Assembly (NCBI RefSeq): GCF_964188315.1
Contig: NC_135667.1
Location: forward strand, 11,594,001-11,658,000
Length of the DNA stretch: 64,000 bases
Direction of reading: 5' to 3'
Source: Podarcis muralis
Lineage: Eukaryota
Shown here: piece after piece, positions 1-11,876 of the stretch
Layout: the number at the start of each line of letters is the position of its first letter
Numbering within the stretch: the first letter of the stretch is position 1
Position numbers and translations under genes: made by a program
Notes under the pieces: generated by a model
What the model was told of the DNA's origin: nothing
The model's input: the letters and a program-made list of their open reading frames with translations, nothing else
The model's database searches: none

Positions 1-525
1 TTGTATGTTAATACCAGTATTTTTTTGAACTGTATGTAATGTGAAATCAATTTGAGCTGTTGTAATCCACACTTTTCCTTCAGGTAACTTAATATGTGGA
101 TGATATATTAACAGAGTTACCATCATTGTCTTTGCAGCATTTAACAGCCATGCAATAGATTGACTTCCTCCATATATAACAACAGCATTGGCTTTGCTCA
201 TTATGAAAGCTCGTGTGAAGAGCTTTGATCCACGTACCACATCATCTACCGTATCGAACATGTTACCAGTGACATGCAGATGGTACCAAATCTTTTCTGT
301 GAATGCTGAACAGATCCGATTCTTGTAAAGCATTGGTTCAATGATCTGCAAGAAATGTTCTCCAGCTTCATTATCTGGAGTGAGGAGCCCGACCCATTTC
401 CATCCAAAATACAAAAGTAACTGGATAATTCCTTGATACTGAAGTCCTTCATTGGGGACCATGCGGTAAAAGGAAGGGAATTTGATTTGTTCATTCATGA
501 CTGATTCAAATGAACCATATGAAAT
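1..525 (-). CDS. V2R gene A exon 3 (partial; continues past the left edge)
   Basis: Acceptor ttttcag then an open frame ISYGSFESVMNEQIKFPSFYRMVPNEGLQYQGIIQ...KVWITTAQIDF with no stop down to base 1; homologous to exon 3 of genes B-E. Confidence 0.93.
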   Translation of the reverse strand, partial: MSYGSFESVMNEQIKFPSFYRMVPNEGLQYQGIIQLLLYFGWKWVGLLTPDNEAGEHFLQIIEPMLYKNRICSAFTEKIWYHLHVTGNMFDTVDDVVRGSKLFTRAFIMSKANAVVIYGGSQSIAWLLNAAKTMMVTLLIYHPHIKLPEGKVWITTAQIDFTLHTVQKNTGINIQ

Positions 526-769
526 CTGAAAAAAGAAAAACCAAACTGTCCAAGTGGAAACAAGAACTCCCAACACATTTATCTGAATATAAGTGTTGTA
601 AGTGTTGTAAACATTCCAGTTACTTTCAGATAAGTATCTGTTTATTGGGAAGATTGTCACAATGTGCTTTAGCTTTTATTCCCCACAATTTGAGGCAAGC
701 TATTAACAGTCATTCCTTGCTAGATATTTCACCTGCCACTCTCTCTATATAGTGGTTTTTATGTTGATC

Positions 770-823
770 TTTTCTGTGAACTGCCCTGAGACCTCTGGGT
801 ATATGGCAGTATATACATTCTAA

Positions 824-855
<32 letters not shown>
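770..855 (+). mobile_element. Short L2-like LINE 3' end with (TAG)n tail
   Basis: gtgaactgccctgagacctctgggtat... followed by the repeat tail; resembles the 3' ends at 55505-55550 and 44415-44460. Confidence 0.5.
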
Positions 856-1649
856 ATAAATCCTATATACTCAAATGTACTCATTTTAGGGACATAGAAA
901 AATGCAGACAATTTGTGCTCAATAATTTCTGAAGCTATTCATTCTTAATATTATTGAGTCATCACATTTGTCTCCAAGTATTTGGAGTAGTTTGCTCATT
1001 GTAATGTACTGCTTTGGGCACTGCTAAGCGTATGATTCAACAAAACTTTCATGTGGAGCTGGAGCAATAGAAACCACTGATCCTCTTCTTCTGTTCTGTA
1101 ACCCTTTTAGTGATTGTAGAGAGAAGTTGATGCTCCATCTACTATGAACTCTTCAGAGAGTTTATAAGTAAACCATTTTTATTTTAACAAATGCGAGGTC
1201 TTTTTCTATGTAGGGGGGAAAGGGGAATATTCTGAAACTCACAATGACATATTTTAAAGGTCTACATGCTTATATTTCTGTGCTTTACTGTGCAGCACGT
1301 TTTGTGGTTTTAAATCTCTGCTGGGATTCTCTCATCAAAGAGTACTTGCCCCAAACCTGGATTTTGCTTCCAAGGAAGTCTCGTTTCTATATTTCATCTT
1401 TCCATTGTCACCAATGCTTGGAAATTTTCAAGCAATTAGCATTATATGCATTAAACACACATTCTTTGGAACATTGCCCTTCTCACCCACGTTATACCTC
1501 TCTAATATATTTATATACTGCAGTCTCTTTTACTCTTCCTTTTTTACCTGTCCATATTCATGAATCAGCAGGTTTCTAGTGGAAGGAGAGGGGGAGAGTT
1601 TATTATTGTGTGAAATTCCATTATTATTATTTTAATTCCCATATTCTAC

Positions 1650-1941
1650 CTGTGGAATCTTGTAAAGACCTAAGATGTCTGCCATGCACAAAGAAGTCTC
1701 AGAGCCAAATCCCCCAATGACTCCTACTACACTTTTCTGGATGCTACATATGTAGTTGGGGAGAAAGTAACGCGATTTAAAGAGCAGATCCAGAGTGGTT
1801 CGGTAGGTCATCTTTGAATCATAATAGCTATCATAGATGTGGAACCCCAGAGTGACATTGGGCAACATCCTGGGATTCTCGTTGATCTCATCAATGGCAA
1901 ACACCAAGGCCAGGATGTGTTGGTACAACTTTGTCATCACC
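1650..1941 (-). CDS. V2R gene A exon 2 (292 bp)
   Basis: AG/GT boundaries; TKLYQHILALVFAIDEINENPRMLPNVTLGFHIYDSY...KIPQ is the class C GPCR Venus-flytrap motif. Confidence 0.95.
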
Positions 1942-2036
1942 CTGCAAACGAAGTGAGTTACTGTTTTATGGGAGAATTAAACAGAGCATAAAATCTAGAA
2001 TTGAAAGGAGAGGGTACAGCCCACCAGTTTAGTCAT

Positions 2037-2037
<1 letters not shown>

Positions 2038-2095
<58 letters not shown>

Positions 2096-2400
2096 CACCC
2101 TTCATCTGAGGTTCATATGGCGGTTTACAATAAAAAACATGAAATATATAGCACAGTATGAGCTAAATACAGTGCTCCAGTTTAAAACGGCATAGATTGT
2201 TCAATTAGCCAAGGCCTTGGAGAAGAGAATGTTTTTGCCTGGTGCTTAAAGATATGTAATGAAGGTGGCAGCTGAGCCTTCCTGGGGAGAGAATTCCATA
2301 AGTGGGGAGCAAAAAGCCCCATTGTTGTGTTGCCACCCTCCAGACCTCTCGTGGAGGAGGCACATGAAGAAGGGCCTCGGGTGAGCTTTTTCCAGCTCTA
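2038..2400 (-). mobile_element. L2-like LINE 3' fragment with (TAA)n tail
   Basis: (TTA)n at 2038-2092 followed by sequence antisense to the L2 3' ends seen at 23340-23700 and 51700-52095. Confidence 0.65.
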
Positions 2401-3123
2401 CACCATCCCTTCTTAGGTGAATTGACCAGAACTGTACATAGTGTACCAAGTGTAGGTCACGCCATAGATTAGTTTAACTGCATTATGATATTGGCAGTTC
2501 CTTAAGTGATGTTTGCTAGAATGGAATTCTAGCACAGCTGCACCCTGTGTCCACATTTTCACTGTGTTATCTGCTATGACCCAAGGTCTCATTCCTGGTC
2601 ATTCACCACTAGTTCAGATGCCATAGGTATATAAGTAAAATTAATAATTTCTTTAGCCTGGAATAAATCTCACTTCACACTTGCTTAAATTGAATTGCCT
2701 TTGCCATTTTACTGCTCATGCAACCAGTATGCAGAGATTATTTTGGAGTGCTTTGCAATCTGTCTTATTTTTTAATAACTAAACATTTTAGAATCATCAG
2801 CAAACATGACTGGATAACTGCATGGCTGTATGTTGGAGAGCAGTTCTTATCTTACTCACTTTCTCTTTCTCCTACTCTCCTTTCTCTTTATCTTTCCAGA
2901 ATTGGTGAAGGTGAATGTTTTCTGATGACTAATTAATAGTTTAGGCATAGCCTACAGTATGTGCATGGATATTTCTTATATTTCTTATAGAAAATGTCCA
3001 TTTGTTTTTGTGTTTTTTAAATGTAAAACTTTTTCCCAAAGCAATCAAAGTACTTTTCTGTCAGATATCCAGATATCAATGTATAAATAACAAATAAAAT
3101 AATGTTAAGGACATTTTACTTAC

Positions 3124-3362
3124 ACTGGGAGATCAATAAAGACATGAGAAGGGTGTATATTGAAGGAAAGCTTGGGGTACATGTAAAAGATATGAGATGC
3201 TATCCCACCAATGATAAGGTCCCCTTGTTCATACCACTCATGTGGAATATGCACAGGATTATTTCTGCTGCAACCAACAGTGTGCACTTTGGGCACCATA
3301 TTGGGAAGGAGCAGGAGAAGCAGCAGCAACAACATCCTGATCCCAAATATCCTTCTACACAT
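3124..3362 (-). CDS. V2R gene A exon 1 (signal peptide plus N-terminus)
   Basis: ATG, poly-Leu signal peptide, HEWYEQGDLIIGG; phase-2 gtaagt donor matches exon 2. Confidence 0.92.
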
Positions 3363-3897
3363 GGACTCTCCTTTGCCTCTCTACAATATTGTTACTATCA
3401 TCAGTCTGACTTGAACAGGATGGATTTGATGGCAGCCAACTCTGGCAATTCAGTACTTAAGCAGACCTGTATCAACCTTCTCATTAACTTCAATAATGTC
3501 AAAAAAATTGATCAAATGCTATATAAAATATCATGATTTGAGATCTAATTGATACAATGAAAATCAAAACTCTGTGAAATAACAGATCCTGGCCTCACCT
3601 CTCCTCCCTTACCATAGCTGTCTTTGGAACACTGGGGTGCTTTAAATCATTTCAGATTTATGTTTTCATTTTTTATTTCCCATTCTGCCTTCTGGAGATT
3701 TGCCAGGTGAATTGATCATAATAATTTTAATAATTACAGGGGAAATAATCACTTTCGCAATGTTGTTGGACTCTATGTTGCATCACCAGGAGGAGAACTG
3801 CCGAAGTAAACATGTCTGCCACATCACAGAATCAAAGGTTAGGAAGGGATCTCTAAGGCCATCTTGCCCAATCTGCTTGCTAATGCAGGACACCCAT

Positions 3898-4591
3898 TGA
3901 AGGAATGGGTTTTCCAAATCTAAAACCTGACTGTGCAGTCAGTCTGAAACGGGCCTCCAAATCCCCATTTTTCCTTCTCCAAGGATGCATTAGCTAAAAA
4001 CCATTAACTTGAGCACTTGAACAAATGTGTAACAGGAACCCAGCTGTATAAACAAAGCTCTCTCCTTTATCAGTCCGTGACGCTTAATGGATGGCCTTGT
4101 CAGTTCCGAAGTGGAGTCAGAATGGCAGAGCTGGGGCTTATCTTATCTTGTGGGTTGTAAATATCCTGACACACTGACGCACAGAGCTTGCAAGATACCC
4201 CCGCGCTCGGGGATGACGCCAGGAGTGCTCTTAGAGTTGGTGACCTTCTTACCCCAAGATAAGGAATACAGGAACAGGAACACCCTTTTATGGTCAAGAG
4301 TACCGGAACAGGAACATCTGTTTATGGTCATGGATGTCAACTTACGTGTATAAGCTGACGTGGCTGGATTCCTGGGGAGGGGGCAAGGGGACCAGAAAGG
4401 GTATATAAGGTGTGTGTAACTGCTCTTTAAGTGCTCTTGCTGTGAACTAATCACGCAAGTGCCTTTCTGCTGCTCCGGAGAGCAGAAATAAATAACTCTT
4501 TCTCTGAATCCACCTCGGTGTCATTTGACTTCCTTTTTCCCTCCCGGGAGCAACGCAGACCACATCAATCGGTAATGTCTAAAAGGGTACA
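3898..4591 (+). mobile_element. Solo LTR, 694 bp
   Basis: TG...CA termini, 4-bp TSD CCAT (3894-3897 and 4592-4595), TATATAA at 4402-4408, AATAAA at 4487-4492, internal direct repeats. Confidence 0.8.
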
Positions 4592-6862
4592 CCATAATTA
4601 AAAAAATCCCCCAAACCCAAACAAAACACCATCTCTTCCTAGAATACCTTGCTGGGGCCTCCTACACTCTCTCAACTATGTGACACTGATCAGACATTGC
4701 TATCCACCCCACTAACTAGATCTTGGATACAATGCAGGAGAGAGTACTAACCATATCAAAATGTACGGGCCCTGACTAATGCAGTCTAGACTTTAGAAAC
4801 AACACATATGTACTGTTTGAAGCAATGTGGCATGCATGGGAATCTCTCTGGCATCATCTAAAAACTGCTAGGATAGCTCTGTTGGTAGAGCATACTCTCA
4901 GAGTCATGAGTTAAAGCCCCATATTGGGCAAAATAATTTTTAGAGATAAGCCAACCTCATCCTTTCCTCACTTGTCTAATTTCCTATGGCTAGGGGTGCC
5001 TACACTCTGTGACACTTACTGGATCTTGGGAACATACAGTCTAGCTACTTTTGAAAGAGCAGATATATGTTGTTTGAAGTAGAGTGGCATGCTTGGGGAT
5101 GTCTGTGCCATCCCTTTCTTACTCTGGTAAGAAGTGGTAATTCTGAAGGCTGTCAGGGTGGCCCATCAGTTTAAGGCAGTGATAGACAATGTTGCAGTAT
5201 CCAGATGTTTCTGGACTATAGCTTCTATCATCCTTGATAATAATGGTCAATTGTAAGCTGATGGAAGCTGTGGTCCTGAAACATCTGGAGATGCACAGAT
5301 TGTAAACCCTTGGTGTAAGGAAGGTTTGAGCTATAGAAAAATGCCTCATGTCTGGTGTGATCTTTAACTGTCAAGGCTTTGTCAAGTATTAAAGCCCTCT
5401 GAGCCTGGAGCAGTATCTATGGCAAGGTGAGTCATTTCCTTTCTCCCTTCCTAGCCCCCTGTCAATCCAAGTATGAAATTCTAGAAATGTTGATGTCCCA
5501 GTTTTAAAATGAGTTAGAGGTGTGTTTTTGCACCTAGAATTTCTCATGGAGTGACCATGTGATTTCCAGTTTGGAGCACTTTTAAATGCTCTGCTTCAGT
5601 TGGCTATTGAGGTGCCGTGGGGGTTGGTGATCATCAAGATGTTACAAATAATATAAATGAATAAGTACAGAGGCTTCAAAATGCACCACACAAAACATGA
5701 CCCATGATTTAATAGAACTGCTGTCCCCATGAAATTGTCATTCATTTCTTAAAATAATTTGTTTATGTAGGGGGCATGGTCAGCTTGGTAATTAACACAG
5801 TGTCATTTGCCCAAGAAAACTCGAGAGAAGAAACACTGGTAACATGTTATATTTATTGACATATAACAATGATAGAATCTGCAATCAGAATAATTCAAAC
5901 AAATTATCCAATACCAATGCAGTCTGCCTGGTGAAGAGGATTGATGGGAGCATTTCAACTCTCCCATCTCCTGAGCCAGTTGCCAGCCACACACAGTGAT
6001 CACTCAGCAAGGCCTGAGGAAACTCCTCTGACACTATATCAGATCCAGTCCTGATTTAGTTCAAGAACTGACCTAATGCTTAATTTGTGGGAAAAACTTT
6101 AATTAAGCATATGGCTGGGAGGGAAATGGGGGGGGGGGAGTTTGCATCTCTTTCCTATTCAGGATTAAGAGCTGGGGTGGTGGTGTTTCAATTCTGAAGG
6201 GTGCTCTTTTGGAAACAACTTATTTGTGCGGAAGCTGTTTTTGATTAAGCACCATACAGGATCTCTGTCTCTACTTAATAGCTGTATAATGAAGGCAGGG
6301 ATGCTGTGGGGTGGGGCATCAGGTGGGAAGCAGAATTAAGCAGTCAGTCAAGCATTTACCTGGGAAGACACATCCAGAGCCCAGTTAGGGTTAGACCACA
6401 TCAAAATTTTCCAGCCTGATGCCTGTGTTCACTTCCTGTCTGATTCACTGCAAGACAGCCACAGATAATTCTGGAGCATCTAAGTTGACCAGGAGTGATC
6501 TATAGCTGTTCCAGTTCGTCTTGACTGATGCCAAACTCCTTCCAAATAGACCCAACTTGGCTCAGGACTGCCAAATCCAATGCACAATCCTTCTAGATAG
6601 ACAACTGCTCTCAGTATTAGGCAATATTCCTGTGTTTCTCTCCCTCTCCTCTCTCTGCAACTACCTATGTTCTCCCCAGACTTGCCCAGGAAAGAAAGAG
6701 CCCCTTGACCAAAATGTGGGACACTTATGGAGATGCAGGAGAAGGTAGGGAGGGGAAGAAAAATTTCTGGTAATTTCCTGCTATGAAAAATGCAGGGAAA
6801 ATGATACCCACAAGCAAATCCACATAGCCTAAGACCCCAAAAAAACCCCACAAAAACTTCTG

Positions 6863-7767
6863 TCATTTATACTTTTTTTGTGTCAGCTGCTGTCTGTTGT
6901 TAAGGTCAGGTCTCACCACAATAATGTAGCATTTTGGGAAAAAGAGGCAAGCCAGCAAGCCAGTACTGGAAGCCAAGATGGAGAAGATCTCCACAGCCAC
7001 CATGTATTTTCCTCTGGTGCTCAGGTAAGTTGGAATAAAGGAGAGCCAAACACTGCAAAAGACCAGCATGCTGAAGGTGATAAACTTAGCTTCATTGAAA
7101 CTGTCAGGCAACTTCCTGGCTAAGAAGGCCACTGTGAAGCTGACAGTGGCCAGGAAGCCCAGGTAACCCAAAACACAATAGAACATCAGGATTGACCCTT
7201 CATTGCATAACACTACAATTTCTTCATTCATTGAGTTTGTATCCAAATCTGGGAAAGGGGGAGAGGCTCCAAGCCAGAAGGCACAGATTCCTACTTGAAC
7301 CATAGAGGAGGAAAGGACAATGGAATAAGACAGTTCTTTTCCTACCCATTTCCTGATACTGGATCCTGGTTTGGTAGCCATGAATGCCAAAACCACTAGT
7401 ATGGTTTTGGCTAAGATACTAGAGAGGGCCACAGAGAAGACAATGCCAAAAGCGGTTTGTCGGAGAAGGCAGGTCACCTTATTAGGTTTTCCAATGAACA
7501 ACAAAGAACAGAGGAAACACAAGAGGAGGGAAATGAGGAGAATATAGGTGAGGCTTCTGTTGTTGGCTTTGACTATGGCTGTATCCCGATGCTTAATGAA
7601 GATGCTGAGCACCAGAATTGTGATCAGAGAGAATAGAAGTGCCGAGGTAGCTGAAACAATAGCCAAAGTTTCATGAAAAGCTAAGAAGTTTGGAATCTTA
7701 GAAATGCATAGATCCTGGTCTTTGTTTGGATATTGATCTGCTGGGCAACTGACACATGTTTCCATGT
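6863..7767 (-). CDS. V2R gene B exon 6 (end of cysteine-rich domain plus 7TM domain)
   Basis: ttttcag acceptor, phase 1; [50 protein letters not shown] class C 7TM motifs; TGA stop. Confidence 0.96.
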
Positions 7768-7909
7768 CTGAAAACAAACAAACAATGCATAACAATTTGA
7801 AGCAACCAATACTATTCTTAAGAATTTCCTCACCATTAGTCCATCTAGCATTGTATTTTCCATTTCAAAATGTTTCAAAACTTTCAGCCCCAATGCTTTT
7901 ACCCTGGAT

Positions 7910-8093
7910 CAGCGGTTCCTAATTAGCTAAGTACTGTGGACCCCCTGTTTTTCAAAAGTCAAACATGGACCCCCTACTTTTGAAATTTTTGTTATATCTC
8001 TAGTAGTTTTTATTGTGCATATGGTGCCACTGACACCCTGTGTTGGCTATGCAGACCCCATGGGGTTTACAGACCACCAATTGGGAACCACTG
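7910..8093. mobile_element. Old hAT-like MITE
   Basis: Termini CAGCGGTTCC and GGAACCACTG; degenerate 8-bp flanks (5/8 match). Confidence 0.5.
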
Positions 8094-8560
8094 TCTTAGA
8101 TTAAGAAAAACTGAAAGTCATGTATTAAATCTGGAATTTTTTTCCATGAAGGACATCTGTTTTTATAACCACTCCTTTCCCCTAAAATCATATACTACAT
8201 ATAAAAATGAGTACATTATAGCTGAAATCTCTGGGGCCCATAAAGGTGACTTTAATGAGACTTTCACCTTCTCATCAAACAACCTTGTTCTTAGAGGAGA
8301 AACCACCACTTATATTCCCCCAAAACTTTATAGAAGTTGGAGGTAAAATATATTACCTCCCATTTTAAAATATTTTCTTCAAGATGTTTTAAAGATAAAA
8401 TTATATTGATGTTATCTATAAACAATGAGAACAACACGTCAAGCCATATTTTAAGCCTTCCCTCCTCCAGTACATTAATGACAACAAAATTGCTGAAGAA
8501 CACAGAGCTTACTAAAATAAATTGCATCATTTGGTATTGTCTTAAGATGACATTGTCCAC

Positions 8561-8687
8561 CTTTCTCATTTGAGATCATTCCTTCTGGACATGGATCACA
8601 ATCATAGCAGCAAAACTTCTTCCCCTCCTTCTTTTTCTTCCCGTATCCAGAATGGCAGATGTCATTACATACAGAAGGGGGTGGCAC
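8561..8687 (-). CDS. V2R gene B exon 5 (127 bp, cysteine-rich domain)
   Basis: [42 protein letters not shown]; AG/GT boundaries. Confidence 0.95.
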
Positions 8688-9164
8688 CTATCCAAAGAGG
8701 TAGGAAAAGATAAATGTTTTAGGGGATCAATGTAATCTCCAAGATCAGGTGATTTAACAGTAAATATGAGGACTAATAATGTGAAATATATGATCCATAT
8801 GTGCACAGGTGTCACATACAGTGTGGTAAAGAGCTGCTCCTCTAATCATTATACAAACTCAACAAGACTGCAATATTCATATCTAGACCATCCACCATTT
8901 CAGCTGCACCCGAATTCAGTCTAATCTCACCTCACAACCTAACTGCATTTTCTTTAAGGATTTTATATATGTTCTTTGTTGTGACTCATGGTGATGGCAA
9001 TTAAACATACCCCATTACAGTAGTTCTGTCCCTACCTGCATGGTCAATCTGAGAAACTAGTACTAGGGAACCATGCCATGGCTTTTGGGCTTTGGTGTCC
9101 CTTTAGGACCCATTCTGTGTTTTGTTGTCATTTATCATCTGTATGAAACTCTTCAGAATCATAT

Positions 9165-9300
9165 CCTAGGACACAGTGTCATCTGTATGGTGATGATCTG
9201 CAGCTCTATCTCTTCACTAGATTGGAAAGAGAGGAGGTGGTGAAGGTACTGGCCAGGTGTCTGGAGGGAGTGATGGACTGGGCGGGGGTTGAATCCTTAT
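9165..9300 (+). mobile_element. L2 reverse-transcriptase relic
   Basis: Translates CHLYGDDLQLYL, similar to the L2 YADDTQLY motif. Confidence 0.5.
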
Positions 9301-9850
9301 AAGAGAGAAGTACTTTGGGTGGGTGTTTTCCATGCTTGGGAACATAGGTGTCAACTCTAGGTTGGCCATAGCATCCACAAAATCCCCCTTGAAGGGGCTG
9401 GGCACCCACAAATTTTGGTGCCAGGGCTATTCACGCTGCATGACACCCACAGCCCTGGGCACCCATGGTTGTGGAGCCAAGCTTGGCACTCCTGCTTGGG
9501 AATTATGTGCAAAACCTGTCATGGGAGGGGTTGCACTTCTTCTGAAGCAGGAGTTTCTACGTTTCTTTTTGGTGGCTAGGAGTGCTTATGCCCACCTTAG
9601 GCTTATTCACCAGCTACAACTGTCTCAAGATGTATGCATCCCGAACTTAGAATCATACAAACTCAATAAGATTACCATGTTCACTCTCAGCCCAAACAAT
9701 GATACAGCTAGTGTAGCCTTTGCTTCAGTAATTTCATAAACAAGAATGCTGGACAATTGTGGACTCTCTGGTAATCATTGGTCCTCCTTTGTGTGAGATG
9801 TTTTGTGTGCACGTTGCTCTTTTTGGTATTGTGGGTCATCTGTTCATGTA

Positions 9851-10076
9851 CAGTGGTACCTTGGGTTAAGAACTTAATTTGTTCCGGAGGTCCATTGTTA
9901 ACCTGAAACTGTTCTTAACCTGAGGTACCACTTTAGCTAATGGGGCCTCCCGCTGCCGCCACGCCACCGCTGCACGATTTTTGTTCTCATCCTGAAGCAA
10001 AGTTCTTAACCTGAGGTACTATTTCTGGGTTAGCAGAGTCTGTAACCTGAAGCGTCTGTAACCCGAGGTATCACTG
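9851..10076. mobile_element. Tc1/mariner-type MITE
   Basis: TIRs CAGTGGTACC...GGGTTA and TAACCCGAGGTATCACTG, TA on both flanks; second copy at 21430-21663. Confidence 0.85.
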
Positions 10077-10389
10077 TACTGGTAGACCTCACAGCATTTT
10101 TTAAAGGGCAATGTTTTCTCCTTGATGGCTTACAATGTCAGTATCACATGCAATATAATATCATGTACAAGACAAGTGCCACCAACAAAACAGCAGACCA
10201 AGAAACAGCACCTCAGAAGCTGAAGGCACTAATATACAGGAAACATCATTCAAATAGAGTATCTCACCATTAAACTATCTCTCCTACATTGGTCTCTACA
10301 GCCACACCTGGTGCTGTAGCCTTCAAAAAGTTTGAACTCACCCCCAAAGGTGCACTTCTCCCTTATCTCCTGAGACAGACGGATGCCAA

Positions 10390-10440
10390 CCATCCAACCA
10401 TCCATCCATCCATGCAAGCAAGCAAGCAAGCAAGCAAGCT
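10390..10440. repeat. Compound (CCAT)n(GCAA)n microsatellite. Other microsatellites: (CA)n ~11070 and ~50593, (GT)n ~51440, (AAT)n ~47762 and ~55650, (AAC)n ~44455
   Basis: Directly visible. Confidence 0.9.
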
Positions 10441-10596
10441 AGTACTATCCATCTAGATATGGAATCCTCTTTGTTTAAGCCTATATTTTAATAGTGAATA
10501 TCAAAGTTAACAATGTGTGAAGTGCTTCTGTTGCAACCCATTTTGTGGGTAACCATATATTATGGCATTTCAGCCACTGTGCATTTATTTCCATAC

Positions 10597-10824
10597 CTTA
10601 GTGAAGCTCCTGTGCCATTTGACTCTGTTTTCATTAATGGTGAGCTGTTTGCCAGGAGGGGCCTGAGGATCCAGCCTTCCCACTTTGACTCTGACGTAGG
10701 AATGATTTGGGAAAGTGACCAAGTTGGTAATATCAAAGCCAGCTGCTAACTCTCCATATTCATTTAATGTGATTTCATCTCCAGCACTGTTGTTGAATGA
10801 GATTCTCTGCAGGAATGAGTGGAG
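10597..10824 (-). CDS. V2R gene B exon 4 (228 bp)
   Basis: Translated by hand: LHSFLQRISFNNSAGDEITLNEYGELAAGFDITNLVTFPNHSYVRVKVGRLDP...; AG/GT boundaries; no stop. Confidence 0.94.
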
Positions 10825-11214
10825 CTAAGTGGAAAGAGAATTGAAAGGTCTATAAAGCATTTCCATGAACACTCCGACAGGCACTGACAAACTACAGAAT
10901 GTCTCAAGGGTATAATTTGACACAGTTTGACAAGCACTTCACTTGGCCAATTCATGCTGTTAAGAGATACTAAGAGGGGAAATAGGTAGGTAAGTTCCCA
11001 TACACATTTCTTTAAAAAATTCTACCTCCACCGCCACTGAAATATGGTTAGGATTTCTGATAGCACCCTGCACACACACACACACACACACACCTTTTTT
11101 TAAAAAACCCCAACAGGTCTAATTTATGCCAGTTGAATTTTTGGGAAAGCCGTAGGTAGCTCTAACTCTTTTGATAGTTGCTGTTACTTACCTGCACTTT
11201 AAGAGTTAATACCT

Positions 11215-11843
11215 GTTAATTCCCGCTTACACTTATTTAACATACACACTTGCAGCTTCATGCGTCTGGTGCAAAAATATGTGTTTAAAAATGGTGTGCA
11301 CACGGGGGGAAAATAAGAAAATGGAGTGAAAATGGAATGAGGGGGGGGAGTGAGTGAGTGGGAGAGCAGGAAAAAATGATCAGCAGCTTTCATGAGGGTG
11401 TTTGAGTGCAGAAGAGGTGGTTGGAGAGAGTGATCGGAGGAGTTCAGAGAGACTTGCGTAGGGCAGGGGTCAGCAAACTTTTTCAGCAGGGGGCCAGTCC
11501 ACTGTCCCTCAGACCTTGTGGGGGGCCGGACTATATTTTTTTTGGGGGGGGGGGGAATGAACGAATTCCTATGCCCCACAAATAACCCAGAGGTGCATTT
11601 TAAATAAAAGCACACAGTCTACTCATGTAAAAACACCAGGCAGGCCCCACAAATAACCCAGAGATGCATTTTAAGTAAAAGGACACATTCTACTCATGTC
11701 AAAACACGCTGATTCCTGGACCATCCATGGGCCGGATTTAGAAGGCGATTGCCTACCCATGACGTAGGTGTTTGGAGACAATTGAGGAGGTTGGAGTGCT
11801 GAAGATGCAATTCAAGAGGGTGATATGCAGAGGCTAGAAAGAC

Positions 11844-11876
<33 letters not shown>

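Noticed and set aside
2001-2195. ORF with a long poly-Leu run
   Set aside because: It is a translation of the (TTA)n tail of an L2 fragment; the same applies to the poly-Ile in ORF 23562..23927
4620-5560. Local duplications and similarity to 18200-18830
   Set aside because: This is ordinary paralogous intergenic DNA from older tandem gene duplication plus a decayed MITE; no additional function is evident
6878-7123. Recurrent antisense ORFs opposite exons (also 19180, 19783, 24458, 37497, 40581, 52823)
   Set aside because: They are shadows of conserved V2R coding sequence, and their recurrence follows paralogy
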